NCBI GenBank assembly: GCA_964615415.1
Contig: CAZTNI010000002.1
Coordinates: forward strand, 4,873 to 68,872
DNA length: 64,000 nucleotides
Direction of reading: 5' to 3'
DNA from: an uncultured Candidatus Saccharibacteria bacterium
Lineage (GTDB): Bacteria; Patescibacteriota; Minisyncoccia; Phycocordibacterales; SBAW01
Shown here: positions 10,456 to 18,449 of the stretch, one piece after another
How positions within the stretch are numbered: position 1 is the first letter of the stretch
Layout: the number at the start of each line of letters is the position of its first letter
Position numbers and translations under genes: made by a program
The notes under the pieces: model-generated
What the model was told of the DNA's origin: nothing
Seen by the model: the letters and a program-made list of their open reading frames with translations, nothing else
Databases searched by the model: none

Positions 10456-10458
10456 TTT
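10428..10458. terminator. rho-independent terminator (bidirectional; serves tsaD and the sRNA candidate)
   Basis: GACCCGTCAC-ATT-GTGGCGGGTC 10-bp stem followed by TTTTATTTTT, with an A-rich flank on the other side. Confidence 0.7.
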
Positions 10459-11544
10459 TTGTATAGAGAGATTACCGACTGCGCGGAAGTCCTCGGTTGT
10501 GGCGTCTTGTTTGCCGGACAGAGCGCGGGCAAGCGCTGCTTCGGCGATCATGATCGCGTTGTCGCCGGTTATAGAAAGTTCGGGCAGGCGGAATTCTACT
10601 TCAGGGAAATCTTTTGTAACTAATTCTTGCAATTTTTGGCGTAAAAATTTGTTTGCTGCAACGCCACCGCCAATCACAAAGGTTTGTGCGCCAGTTTCCT
10701 CAAGTGCTTTCCGGGTTTTTGCTACCAATACATCCGCTACCGCATCTTCAAACTCTTGCGCAAACGCTGCTTTTTCGTCGTCGTTCAATTCTTTACCCTT
10801 GAGTGCATACAAAGCTGCAGTTTTGAGGCCAGAAAAAGAGACGTCGCAGGTGTTTGTGCCAATCATAGGACGTGGAAGCCGAACGGAAAAATTTTCAGCC
10901 AAAGGTCCTCGGTTCTCCTCGAGGACTCGGCCAGACCTTGTGTCTGCTAATTTTTCCGTTCGGCTTTTCTCTGCTAATTTTGAAATGTGTGGGCCGCCTG
11001 GGTAGGGCAAGTTAAGCATGCGTGCCACTTTGTCGAACGCTTCGCCGACGGCGTCGTCTAATGTTTCGCCAATTTTTTCGTACTGGAACCATTCGCGCAT
11101 CAAAACAAACTCGGTGTGGCCGCCAGAAATAAGAAGGGCGAGGACGGGGAGCTGCACGTTTTCTAATTTTCCGTCGCGAACAAGAGAAGAAAGAAGGTGG
11201 CCCTCCATGTGGTTGGCCGGAATAAGAGACAAGTTCTTTTCTTGTGCAATTTGTTTCGCAAACGTAATGCCGGTCCACAGTGCTGGTTCGAGGCCAGGAC
11301 CTTGAGTTACCGCAATTGCATCGACTTCTTCATTTTTAAATTCTTCAAAGAGGACAGGAAGGTTTATTTGGTGTTCGCGCTTGGCGAGGTTGGGGTACAC
11401 GCCGCCATACTGTGCATGGAGCTGTGCTTGCGAGAGGAGGGCGTTTTTAAGTACAGAAAAAGAGAAACCGCCTTCGGTTTTGGTTCCTTCAACAAGAGCG
11501 ATGCCAGTTTCATCGCACGAGGTTTCGATCGCAAGAATTTTCAT
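10453..11544 (-). CDS. tsaD: tRNA N6-adenosine threonylcarbamoyltransferase TsaD (Kae1/Gcp)
   Basis: MKILAIETSCDETGIALVEG N-terminus and an ASKHA-fold; start taken at the internal Met because the longer ORF overlaps tRNA-Val. Confidence 0.9.
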   Translation of the reverse strand: MKILAIETSCDETGIALVEGTKTEGGFSFSVLKNALLSQAQLHAQYGGVYPNLAKREHQINLPVLFEEFKNEEVDAIAVTQGPGLEPALWTGITFAKQIAQEKNLSLIPANHMEGHLLSSLVRDGKLENVQLPVLALLISGGHTEFVLMREWFQYEKIGETLDDAVGEAFDKVARMLNLPYPGGPHISKLAEKSRTEKLADTRSGRVLEENRGPLAENFSVRLPRPMIGTNTCDVSFSGLKTAALYALKGKELNDDEKAAFAQEFEDAVADVLVAKTRKALEETGAQTFVIGGGVAANKFLRQKLQELVTKDFPEVEFRLPELSITGDNAIMIAEAALARALSGKQDATTEDFRAVGNLSIQK

Positions 11545-11620
11545 TGGTGCGCGGTAAGGGACTTGAACCCCTGGCCCTCCCCACGTCAAGGGGATGCTCT
11601 ACCAACTGAGCTAACCGCGC
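11545..11620 (-). tRNA. tRNA-Val (anticodon GAC)
   Basis: 76 nt with CCA; anticodon loop TTGACGT; acceptor GCGCGGT/ACCGCGC; abuts the tsaD start codon. Confidence 0.85.
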
Positions 11621-13468
11621 ATGTGGCAAAAACAATACCAGAATTTAGAGAGGTTGTCATTGTGGCGGTATACTATTCTAATGCCTCGGTGGATAGATTC
11701 GATAGGGAGTGCTCGTACTCCTCTGCGGTTCTTTTTTCTAGTTTCGAAACCATATCTCCGTTTCGCGGTGATTTCATCACTGTGTGTAATCGGAGCTTCG
11801 TTTTTGAATGTTTTTAGTAACTACCTTTTTAAACTTATTGTCGATAATTTAACGCTCGGTCCTCAAGGTGGAGGAGTGACGTTAGTGTGGTTTTGGACCG
11901 GAGTGTATGTGTTTGGAATCGCAGCGCAAGCCGCTTTTTGGCGTATCAGCGGTTTTGCAGGTATGCGTTGGTCGGTAGGACTGCGTGCGACGGCCGGCTA
12001 CCTGCTCTCGTTTTATGTGACGCAGCATAGTATCGACTATTTCCATGGACGTTTTGGTGGTGCTATTGGCGGCAAAATAGGAAACGCTGCCGAGTCTTTA
12101 AAAAAGATAGCCGAAGGGTATTTGTGGGGCCACTTGGATTTGTTTGTGGCTCTTGGTACTGGCGTTGTGTTGACGTTTGTTACAAGCCCGCTTTTGGGAT
12201 GGATATTTTTGAGCTGGACGGCGGGCGTGACGTCAGTGAGTTACTTTATGGCACGCAAGCGAGCGGTGTTTTCCTCGGCAGCGACCAATGAAGACACTCG
12301 GGTACGCGGACGGATTATCGATATGGTAACCAATATTGCAGCCGTACAGGATTTTGCTCGTCGAACACATGAACTTCTGTTACTACAGCCATTTTTGCTA
12401 GCTCGCTATCGTGCTGGAATACGAAACTGGACGCATGGAGAAATAAGCAGGATCTTGGTAAATATTTTTCAAGTGGTGTTTATTGCTCTTATCTCGTTTG
12501 CGTCTATATATATCTGGACTACGGGGGCACTTTCTGTCGGCGATATTGTGTTGATACTTACGCTTACCATCAGTCTCTCGTATCGTGTTGAAGAGCTAGG
12601 AAGAGCATTGAGCGATTTTGGCGAACGATATGGAGAAATTCAAAGTAGTTTGGATGATATTCTAATCACCTACAGCGTACAAGATGCTCCAAAGGCTCGC
12701 GCGCTTGTGGTAACTGAGGGGGCGATAGAATTTAAGAACGCATCTTTTGTATACGTGGACGGGAAGCGAAGTGTCCTTAACGATTTCTCGCTTACTATTC
12801 CCGCAGGACAAAAAGTCGGCTTAGTAGGAAAAAGCGGTGCGGGGAAGTCGACACTGCTCAAGCTCTTGCTGCGGCAGTATGACGTTGCGAGTGGTGAAAT
12901 AGTTATTGATGGTAAAAATATCGCACAAGTGACCCAAGAAAGTCTTCGAGCTGCTATTGCAACGGTGCCGCAAGAGCCGCTGTTGTTCCATCGCACGATT
13001 AAAGAAAATATTGCATACGGAAAGCCGGATGCGACACAGAAAGAAATTGAAAAAGCTGCAACGCTTGCGTATGCACACGATTTTATCGAAAAACTTCCAC
13101 ATAAGTATGACACGTTGGTGGGTGAGCGCGGGGTAAAACTCTCAGGCGGAGAGCGTCAGCGTGTTGCACTTGCGCGGGCTCTCTTAAAGGACGCAAAAAT
13201 TCTTATATTAGACGAAGCCACCTCGTCGCTCGACAGCGAAAGCGAAGCTGCTATTCAAGAAGCGCTTCATGCCCTCATGGAAGGTAAGACGGTTATTGCT
13301 ATTGCGCATCGCCTTTCAACGCTTAAGGAGATGGATCGTATTGTAGTTTTGCAAGAAGGAAAAATTATTGAAGACGGCTCGCATGTGGAACTGCTAAAGA
13401 AAGGAGGAGTATATGCAGGCCTGTGGGAACACCAGTCAGGTGGTTATCTCCAAGAAGATGAAGAATAG
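11621..13468 (+). CDS. ABC transporter, fused permease/ATPase (MsbA-like exporter)
   Basis: Six-TM N-terminal domain; Walker A GKSGAGKST, signature LSGGERQRVALARAL, Walker B ILILDEATS. The start is probably an internal Met (around 11681). Confidence 0.85.
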   Translation: MWQKQYQNLERLSLWRYTILMPRWIDSIGSARTPLRFFFLVSKPYLRFAVISSLCVIGASFLNVFSNYLFKLIVDNLTLGPQGGGVTLVWFWTGVYVFGIAAQAAFWRISGFAGMRWSVGLRATAGYLLSFYVTQHSIDYFHGRFGGAIGGKIGNAAESLKKIAEGYLWGHLDLFVALGTGVVLTFVTSPLLGWIFLSWTAGVTSVSYFMARKRAVFSSAATNEDTRVRGRIIDMVTNIAAVQDFARRTHELLLLQPFLLARYRAGIRNWTHGEISRILVNIFQVVFIALISFASIYIWTTGALSVGDIVLILTLTISLSYRVEELGRALSDFGERYGEIQSSLDDILITYSVQDAPKARALVVTEGAIEFKNASFVYVDGKRSVLNDFSLTIPAGQKVGLVGKSGAGKSTLLKLLLRQYDVASGEIVIDGKNIAQVTQESLRAAIATVPQEPLLFHRTIKENIAYGKPDATQKEIEKAATLAYAHDFIEKLPHKYDTLVGERGVKLSGGERQRVALARALLKDAKILILDEATSSLDSESEAAIQEALHALMEGKTVIAIAHRLSTLKEMDRIVVLQEGKIIEDGSHVELLKKGGVYAGLWEHQSGGYLQEDEE

Positions 13469-13649
13469 TTAGAGCGTTTCTATCGATGTAACGCGCATGA
13501 TGCCATCGTTCCATGATGTAAGGCATGTATGTCAGCCTCTTCTGTCTCTTCGGGGCGAATAGGGAAAATTATTGACATTTTTTGTACTTTAATGTAAAAA
13601 TCTTTTCGGTACTGAACGTCCTTTATAGGGCAAACACAAGGAGAGGGTA

Positions 13650-13883
13650 ATGAGCTTTTCAGACGCGTGGGTGTGGTTCCTTGCTGGAATCGCAATTTTC
13701 GGCGTGTTGGCGATGTATTCTTCCCGGCGACACCGCCAGGCGGTGGACAACGCTGCGCGCTCCGGTACGGGCGACGTCCGGCAACTGGACGAAGAGCTTG
13801 GCCGCGGAGGCCTTCGTCTTCTGTGGTGGGCAATCACCATCATTTTCGTTCTTCTCTTTGTCGCCTCGCTTGTTGTGAAGTAG
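13650..13883 (+). CDS. small 2-TM membrane protein (GC-rich), paralog of the 14246 gene
   Basis: Shine-Dalgarno AAGGAGAGGG before the ATG; two hydrophobic helices; own putative promoter (TTGACA at 13574) and terminator. Confidence 0.5.
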   Translation: MSFSDAWVWFLAGIAIFGVLAMYSSRRHRQAVDNAARSGTGDVRQLDEELGRGGLRLLWWAITIIFVLLFVASLVVK

Positions 13884-13910
13884 TACGTCTTCGAGCGACC
13901 TCGACAAAGC

Positions 13911-13942
13911 CGCGTCAGTGCACTGCACTGACGCGGTTTTTT
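13911..13942 (+). terminator. rho-independent terminator
   Basis: CGCGTCAGTG...CACTGACGCG 10-bp stem followed by GTTTTTT. Confidence 0.7.
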
Positions 13943-14167
13943 CTTAAAAAAGATATTACTGAATGTTAGTTACTGCTGCACCGAGGTAGTACGGCCAAAT
14001 GACGATAGCAAGCACTCCTTGCCAAAACCCTAATTGCAAATACCCAATAGTAAAAAGCCATGCTGCAAACCAAAAACCTCCTGATACTGTGTGGTTTTCA
14101 ATTTTAATTTTTTCCATATGCCTCCATCATACTCCTTTTTGGAGAAGGAAAGGGGTATGGAGAAGTA

Positions 14168-14195
14168 TTGACAAAATGATATAAAGGTGTATAAT
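14168..14195 (+). promoter_or_regulatory. sigma70-type promoter (TTGACA-16-TATAAT)
   Basis: Exact -35 and -10 hexamers 50 nt upstream of the 14246 ORF. Confidence 0.55.
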
Positions 14196-14245
14196 TAAAC
14201 AGTAAGTCCTTCCCGTTTCGGGGCAATAAACAACAGGAGACCGTC

Positions 14246-14527
14246 TTGGATTTCATCGCTCAGTATTGGTGGTTGTGGCTCATTGGCCTGCTAATCTTTG
14301 GCGGGTTGATGACCATCAATCAGCGTCGTCGCGTACGAGGCATGATGCGGCCGATGTCGAATTTCCCCTCGAACCTTTCCTTCGGGGAATTCGACAAGAG
14401 CTTCCAGCAAGCCGCCGACAGCTTCCAGAAGGGCTTCGGCTCGATGATGCTGTTCTGGGTTCTGTTCGTTGCCTCTGGCGTTCTTCTACTCATCTCTGTG
14501 GTCGTCAACATTTTCCAGGCGATCTAG
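14246..14527 (+). CDS. small 2-TM membrane protein, paralog of the 13650 gene
   Basis: W-rich first helix (WWLWLIGLLIFGGLMTINQRRRVR versus WVWFLAGIAIFGVLAMYSSRRHRQ in the paralog); own promoter and terminator. Confidence 0.5.
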   Translation: MDFIAQYWWLWLIGLLIFGGLMTINQRRRVRGMMRPMSNFPSNLSFGEFDKSFQQAADSFQKGFGSMMLFWVLFVASGVLLLISVVVNIFQAI

Positions 14528-14549
14528 CCTAGATCAAACGACACAGAGA

Positions 14550-14580
14550 AAGCCGCTGCCTTAACAAGCAGCGGCTTTCG
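14550..14580. terminator. rho-independent terminator (bidirectional)
   Basis: AAGCCGCTGC-cttaacaa-GCAGCGGCTT perfect 10-bp stem followed by TTCGATTT. Confidence 0.65.
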
Positions 14581-14649
14581 ATTTCGCCACCTGGCGATCA
14601 TGGTGGGCAAAAGAAAATACCGCCCGAAGGCGGCACTTTCTTTTACCCA

Positions 14650-14721
14650 TGACCTCACGGGGAATCGAACCCCGATTTACGCCGTGAAAGGGCGCTGTCC
14701 TAACCGTTAGACGATGAGGCC
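14650..14721 (-). tRNA. tRNA-Glu (anticodon TTC)
   Basis: Anticodon loop CTTTCAC; T-arm GGGGTTCGATTCCCC; acceptor GGCCTCA/TGAGGTC. Confidence 0.8.
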
Positions 14722-14772
14722 GTAGACACAAATATAGCCTAAAACTTGAAAAAATGGTACTTTGTGTCAATT

Positions 14773-14900
14773 GGAGAGATGGCTGAGTGGATCAAAGACA
14801 AACTGCTTTGTCTTTGATCCAGTGCCTGTGGCAAGCGCCGTTGTGAGCTTGCGAACAGGCGCTCGGTGGGCGAACTGGTTCGAACACCCAGTCCTCTCCA
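14773..14900 (+). ncRNA. aberrant tRNA-Ser-like element (128 nt) with a 28-nt palindromic insertion
   Basis: The first 18 nt are identical to the downstream tRNA-Ser (GGAGAGATGGCTGAGTGG). The acceptor 3' strand (CCTCTCC) and a T-arm-like stem (ACTGG/CCAGT) are present. The D-loop carries a perfect 12-bp hairpin, ATCAAAGACAAA-CTGC-TTTGTCTTTGAT, and the anticodon region is expanded. Confidence 0.35.
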
Positions 14901-14919
14901 GTACAGATACAAAGTATCT

Positions 14920-15009
14920 GGAGAGATGGCTGAGTGGTCGAAGGCACCGCACTCGAAATGCGGCGTACCCGAAAGGGTACCGTGAGTTCGAATCTCACTC
15001 TCTCCGCCA
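14920..15009 (+). tRNA. tRNA-Ser (anticodon CGA)
   Basis: 90 nt with CCA; anticodon loop CTCGAAA; long variable arm GTACCCGAAAGGGTACC. Confidence 0.9.
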
Positions 15010-15127
15010 GATGCGGCGCAGAAGCTGCTTTTTTAATACTCCTGTTCACCAAAAATTAATACCAAAGGTGGTCAAATGGATCGGTGTCGACAATGATTTA
15101 GTAGACATAACCGAATTCGCATCCATT

Positions 15128-15364
15128 ATGAAAACAGCAGCAAAAATTATGAGTGTTCCGCTCACGTGGGCGGTCCTTGGTGCCTCAGCAGCGCTTGCGC
15201 AAACAAGTACTACCACTATGGGAACAACTACAACACCAGGTGTACCGAACACCGGCGCAGGAGGCGATTTGCTCACCAATGTGCTCCTGCTTGGCATTTC
15301 AGCGGCAGCTGTAGTGGCAGGCATCGTGTATTTGGTTCGCATGCGTGCAACCCCAGCTGAATAA
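15128..15364 (+). CDS. minimal sortase substrate: signal peptide + Thr-rich 16-aa mature segment + VPNTG sorting signal
   Basis: MKTAAKIMSVPLTWAVLGASAALAQ signal peptide, TSTTTMGTTTTPGVPNTG, then a hydrophobic stretch and an RMR basic tail (classic cell-wall sorting signal). No good Shine-Dalgarno sequence. Confidence 0.5.
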   Translation: MKTAAKIMSVPLTWAVLGASAALAQTSTTTMGTTTTPGVPNTGAGGDLLTNVLLLGISAAAVVAGIVYLVRMRATPAE

Positions 15365-15376
15365 TATAGATCGACA

Positions 15377-16057
15377 GTGACTAGCGGATGCCTCAAGCGG
15401 CATCCGCTATTCATACTGTCTTTCGAATTGTCTCGTTACTGTATGTATATGGAGGAACGTATGCGACGCTACACACTAGTAGGTGCACTCACGTTGGTTG
15501 CAGCGTGTGTGTTTGTTGGCACGGTAGTGCGTGCAGTTTTTTATGCGCCCGATGCAGAGAGTCCGGTGCTTATGGAAGAGGTGTCGTCTGCGAGAGGAAT
15601 TGGCGTACCGACGCGCCTGCACATCCCGGCTGCGGGAGTTGATGCTTCGGTACAGCGAACAGGTATTACGACAAAAGGAGCCATGGCAGTTCCAAGTAAT
15701 TACGCTGATGTGGGGTGGTATAGGTATGGTACTCGACCAGGAGAAAAAGGGAGTGCGGTTATCTCAGGCCATCTTAATAACGGTTTTGGGCTCGATGGAG
15801 TGTTTGCAGATCTGTCGCGATTGAAACGGGGAGACGAAATTTTTGTTGAAACAGATCGTGGCGAGGAGATGCGGTTTGTTGTAGTAGAGGTGGAGACATA
15901 TCCATACACAGAGGTGCCTACAGAATTTCTGTTTAATAGGAAGGATGTTCCGCGACTCAATCTTATTACGTGCGACGGTGCATGGGTGGGGAGTGAAAAA
16001 ACTTACGATCGTCGGCTTGTGGTCTATGCTGAGTTTAGGGAAGCGGATCAAATATAG
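15377..16057 (+). CDS. sortase (transpeptidase)
   Basis: N-terminal TM anchor; catalytic His in AVISGH, Cys in LNLITCDG (TLxTC), Arg in YDRRLVVYAE. The start is probably the internal Met at about 15449. Confidence 0.8.
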   Translation: MTSGCLKRHPLFILSFELSRYCMYMEERMRRYTLVGALTLVAACVFVGTVVRAVFYAPDAESPVLMEEVSSARGIGVPTRLHIPAAGVDASVQRTGITTKGAMAVPSNYADVGWYRYGTRPGEKGSAVISGHLNNGFGLDGVFADLSRLKRGDEIFVETDRGEEMRFVVVEVETYPYTEVPTEFLFNRKDVPRLNLITCDGAWVGSEKTYDRRLVVYAEFREADQI

Positions 16058-17408
16058 ACGGCGTGAGGCGGGTGTTGGTGAGGATATCGGCAATACGTTT
16101 GCCGCCATAAACTGAGGGCAGGATGCCAACGCCATTGCAGCCTAGGTTGTACATAAGGACCGGGTTGCGTGGTTCGGTGCCGACGCGGCGCACACCGTTT
16201 GGGGTATAGCCCATGAGTCCATGCCAGCAAAATGCATACTCGGTTCCGCCCTCAGGATAATTTTTATAGTTATGCACCAAAAACTCGTCTATTTGCCCGT
16301 GCGACTCGTCCGAACAGGCGTCGCTCCGAAGATAGGTTGCTTGGTCGGGGAGTACTTTCTCTGGTCCACCGGTACATATAAGGTTATACGAAACATTGCC
16401 TTCGTGTTCGTGTGGACGACGGGTAAGGTAGTAGTACGGCTCACCCGTAGGATCCTTCGTTTGTGTAGCGTTTTTGGGGAAGTAGCTAATTGCTGTGGGT
16501 GAGTTTGCAAGTGGCTCTATGTAACCGGCCATGTAGCCGATCCGACCATTTACTAAGTGATGGAAATTTGGTTCGATCTCCTTTCCTGCGTTGTTTGTAA
16601 TATGAAAATTTTCAAAGCCGTTCGTGCAGAGAATGATGCGTGACGCGGTTATAGTATGTGTAGCGACTGTGGCTACACCGTTTGTACTCCCAAGGACCAC
16701 TGTCTTTACCGGACTTTCTTCAAAAAATGAAAATCGATCGGTATATTTCGTGGAAAGATATCCAACCAGCTCTTCTGTAAAGAGCGCACTATTCATGCAT
16801 CCTTTTTGAAAGGAGATGCATGCAATATAGTCTGTATTTTTCGCTTCAAGGAGCGATAGTATGTCTGCGTGTGGCGCGACTGTGTAAAGGTTTTTGTATT
16901 CCGGAGGGATGTGGGCAAGGATGGGCGACTCAGCGGCAACGACAATTTGTTCTGGCTGCAGTCCGCCTGCGACACGTAGCGCATTATTTTTAAAGTAGTG
17001 CAGCAGTTGTTCCTCTGTGGTAACACCGGTGTAGCCCGTAAAACGGTAGAGTGGTGTGCGTAGCTTTGCAGTAGCTAGTATCTCGTCAATAAGTGTCCAT
17101 GCAGACTCGACCGAGCGTTGTCCGTCGATGGCGCGTTCGAGTCCAAACTCTTCTACAAGTTCAAAGAGCGGCCGCTCGAAGTAACTCGTCACTTGGCCGG
17201 CGTTATGACCGGTGGCGCCATGAGCAATTTTGTCTGCTTCAAGCAATACAACCGTTTTGTCTGTTTTTGTGAGTGTAAAAAAAGCAGTAACGACTCCTGC
17301 AATACCACCGCCTACAATAAGCACGTCGGTAGAAAGGTCTTGTGCAAGGGGGATAACGGGACGAGTGCGAGCAAGTTGTTTGATCCAGGGAGATTCGTTC
17401 GGGCGCAT
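16035..17408 (-). CDS. FAD-dependent oxidoreductase (DAO family)
   Basis: N-terminal dinucleotide-binding motif DVLIVGGGIAGVVTAFFL; 457 aa. Confidence 0.75.
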   Translation of the reverse strand: MRPNESPWIKQLARTRPVIPLAQDLSTDVLIVGGGIAGVVTAFFTLTKTDKTVVLLEADKIAHGATGHNAGQVTSYFERPLFELVEEFGLERAIDGQRSVESAWTLIDEILATAKLRTPLYRFTGYTGVTTEEQLLHYFKNNALRVAGGLQPEQIVVAAESPILAHIPPEYKNLYTVAPHADILSLLEAKNTDYIACISFQKGCMNSALFTEELVGYLSTKYTDRFSFFEESPVKTVVLGSTNGVATVATHTITASRIILCTNGFENFHITNNAGKEIEPNFHHLVNGRIGYMAGYIEPLANSPTAISYFPKNATQTKDPTGEPYYYLTRRPHEHEGNVSYNLICTGGPEKVLPDQATYLRSDACSDESHGQIDEFLVHNYKNYPEGGTEYAFCWHGLMGYTPNGVRRVGTEPRNPVLMYNLGCNGVGILPSVYGGKRIADILTNTRLTPSIFDPLP

Positions 17409-17410
17409 GA

Positions 17411-18334
17411 CTAGTGAGCTTTTAGGTAAAAGTAGATATCTTCAAGTGCTTTTACTGCATCTCCAGCGGCGATGTTGTTTTGATGATAGAGGCCATCCGA
17501 GCAGTCACCCGCAGCCCAAATACCTTCTACTGAAGAGCGTTGCGATTTACCATCCACTTTGACCCGGCCCCATTCGTCCATTGCAACGAGTCCTTGTACA
17601 AGTTCGGTTGCAGGCACCATGCCGATTTCAACAAAGATGCCCATAACCGGAAGTTCAGTCTGTTCGCCGGTTGCAGTATTTTTAACTACCAAGCTACTCA
17701 CAAAATTTGTACCTTTTACTTCAGTCGGAATAGTGTTGGTGAGTGCCTTCATGTTAGGGTGCGCAAGGACTGCATCGACCGTTGCTTTGTCTGCTTTTAA
17801 GAATTCTGCGCCGCGGCTGATAAGCGTTACTGACTTGCAGTAGGCAAGGAGCTGTGCGGCGGTTTCAAACCCAGCGTTGCCGCCTCCCACAACCGCAACA
17901 TCCATACCACCGAAGAGCGGCCCGTCGCACGACGCACAGTAGGTAACACCTTTGTTTTCAAACTCTGCAGCGCCTGGAACCTCGAGCTTTCGGCGCCAGC
18001 CGCCGGTCGCAATAAGTACTGCGCGCGCTTCGTAGGTGTGTTGTGTAGTGGCGACAGAAAAACCGCCTTCTATCTTTGTTACTTTAGTGGCCTTTTCTCC
18101 TAAGCGAATGGTGACAATGTCTGCTGCATAGGCGCGTAGGTGAGCATCAAGCGACTTTCCTAAATCGAGGCCAGAGATTTTTGGCGTGCCGATCCAGTTT
18201 TGTATCTCGGTCGAGTCAGTCGACTGACCGCCAATAGTTTCAGCAATAAAAATTGTATTGAGGCGCTTACGTGCAGCGTACACTCCGGCAGCAACACCCG
18301 CAGGTCCACCACCAATAATTGCAAGATCATACAT
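17411..18334 (-). CDS. trxB: thioredoxin-disulfide reductase
   Basis: YDLAIIGGGPAGVAAGVYAAR FAD motif, CASC redox-active disulfide (CASCDGPLF), NADPH-binding motif VAVVGGGNAG. Confidence 0.9.
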   Translation of the reverse strand: MYDLAIIGGGPAGVAAGVYAARKRLNTIFIAETIGGQSTDSTEIQNWIGTPKISGLDLGKSLDAHLRAYAADIVTIRLGEKATKVTKIEGGFSVATTQHTYEARAVLIATGGWRRKLEVPGAAEFENKGVTYCASCDGPLFGGMDVAVVGGGNAGFETAAQLLAYCKSVTLISRGAEFLKADKATVDAVLAHPNMKALTNTIPTEVKGTNFVSSLVVKNTATGEQTELPVMGIFVEIGMVPATELVQGLVAMDEWGRVKVDGKSQRSSVEGIWAAGDCSDGLYHQNNIAAGDAVKALEDIYFYLKAH

Positions 18335-18449
18335 GTACTATAGGGTACTAGGTTTGCAAAGAGTAGGCAAATAATCATTGAATCTTCTAGGATGTCGTGG
18401 TAAAAAGCTGCTTAGAAACCAGGTCTTCATAGTAAAAAAGAGGTCACCA

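Noticed and set aside
14762-15127. The N-terminal 120 codons of the 200-aa ORF 14762..15364
   Set aside because: This frame reads straight through the aberrant tRNA-like element and tRNA-Ser(CGA). Only the 3' portion from the Met at 15128 (the sortase substrate) is plausible.
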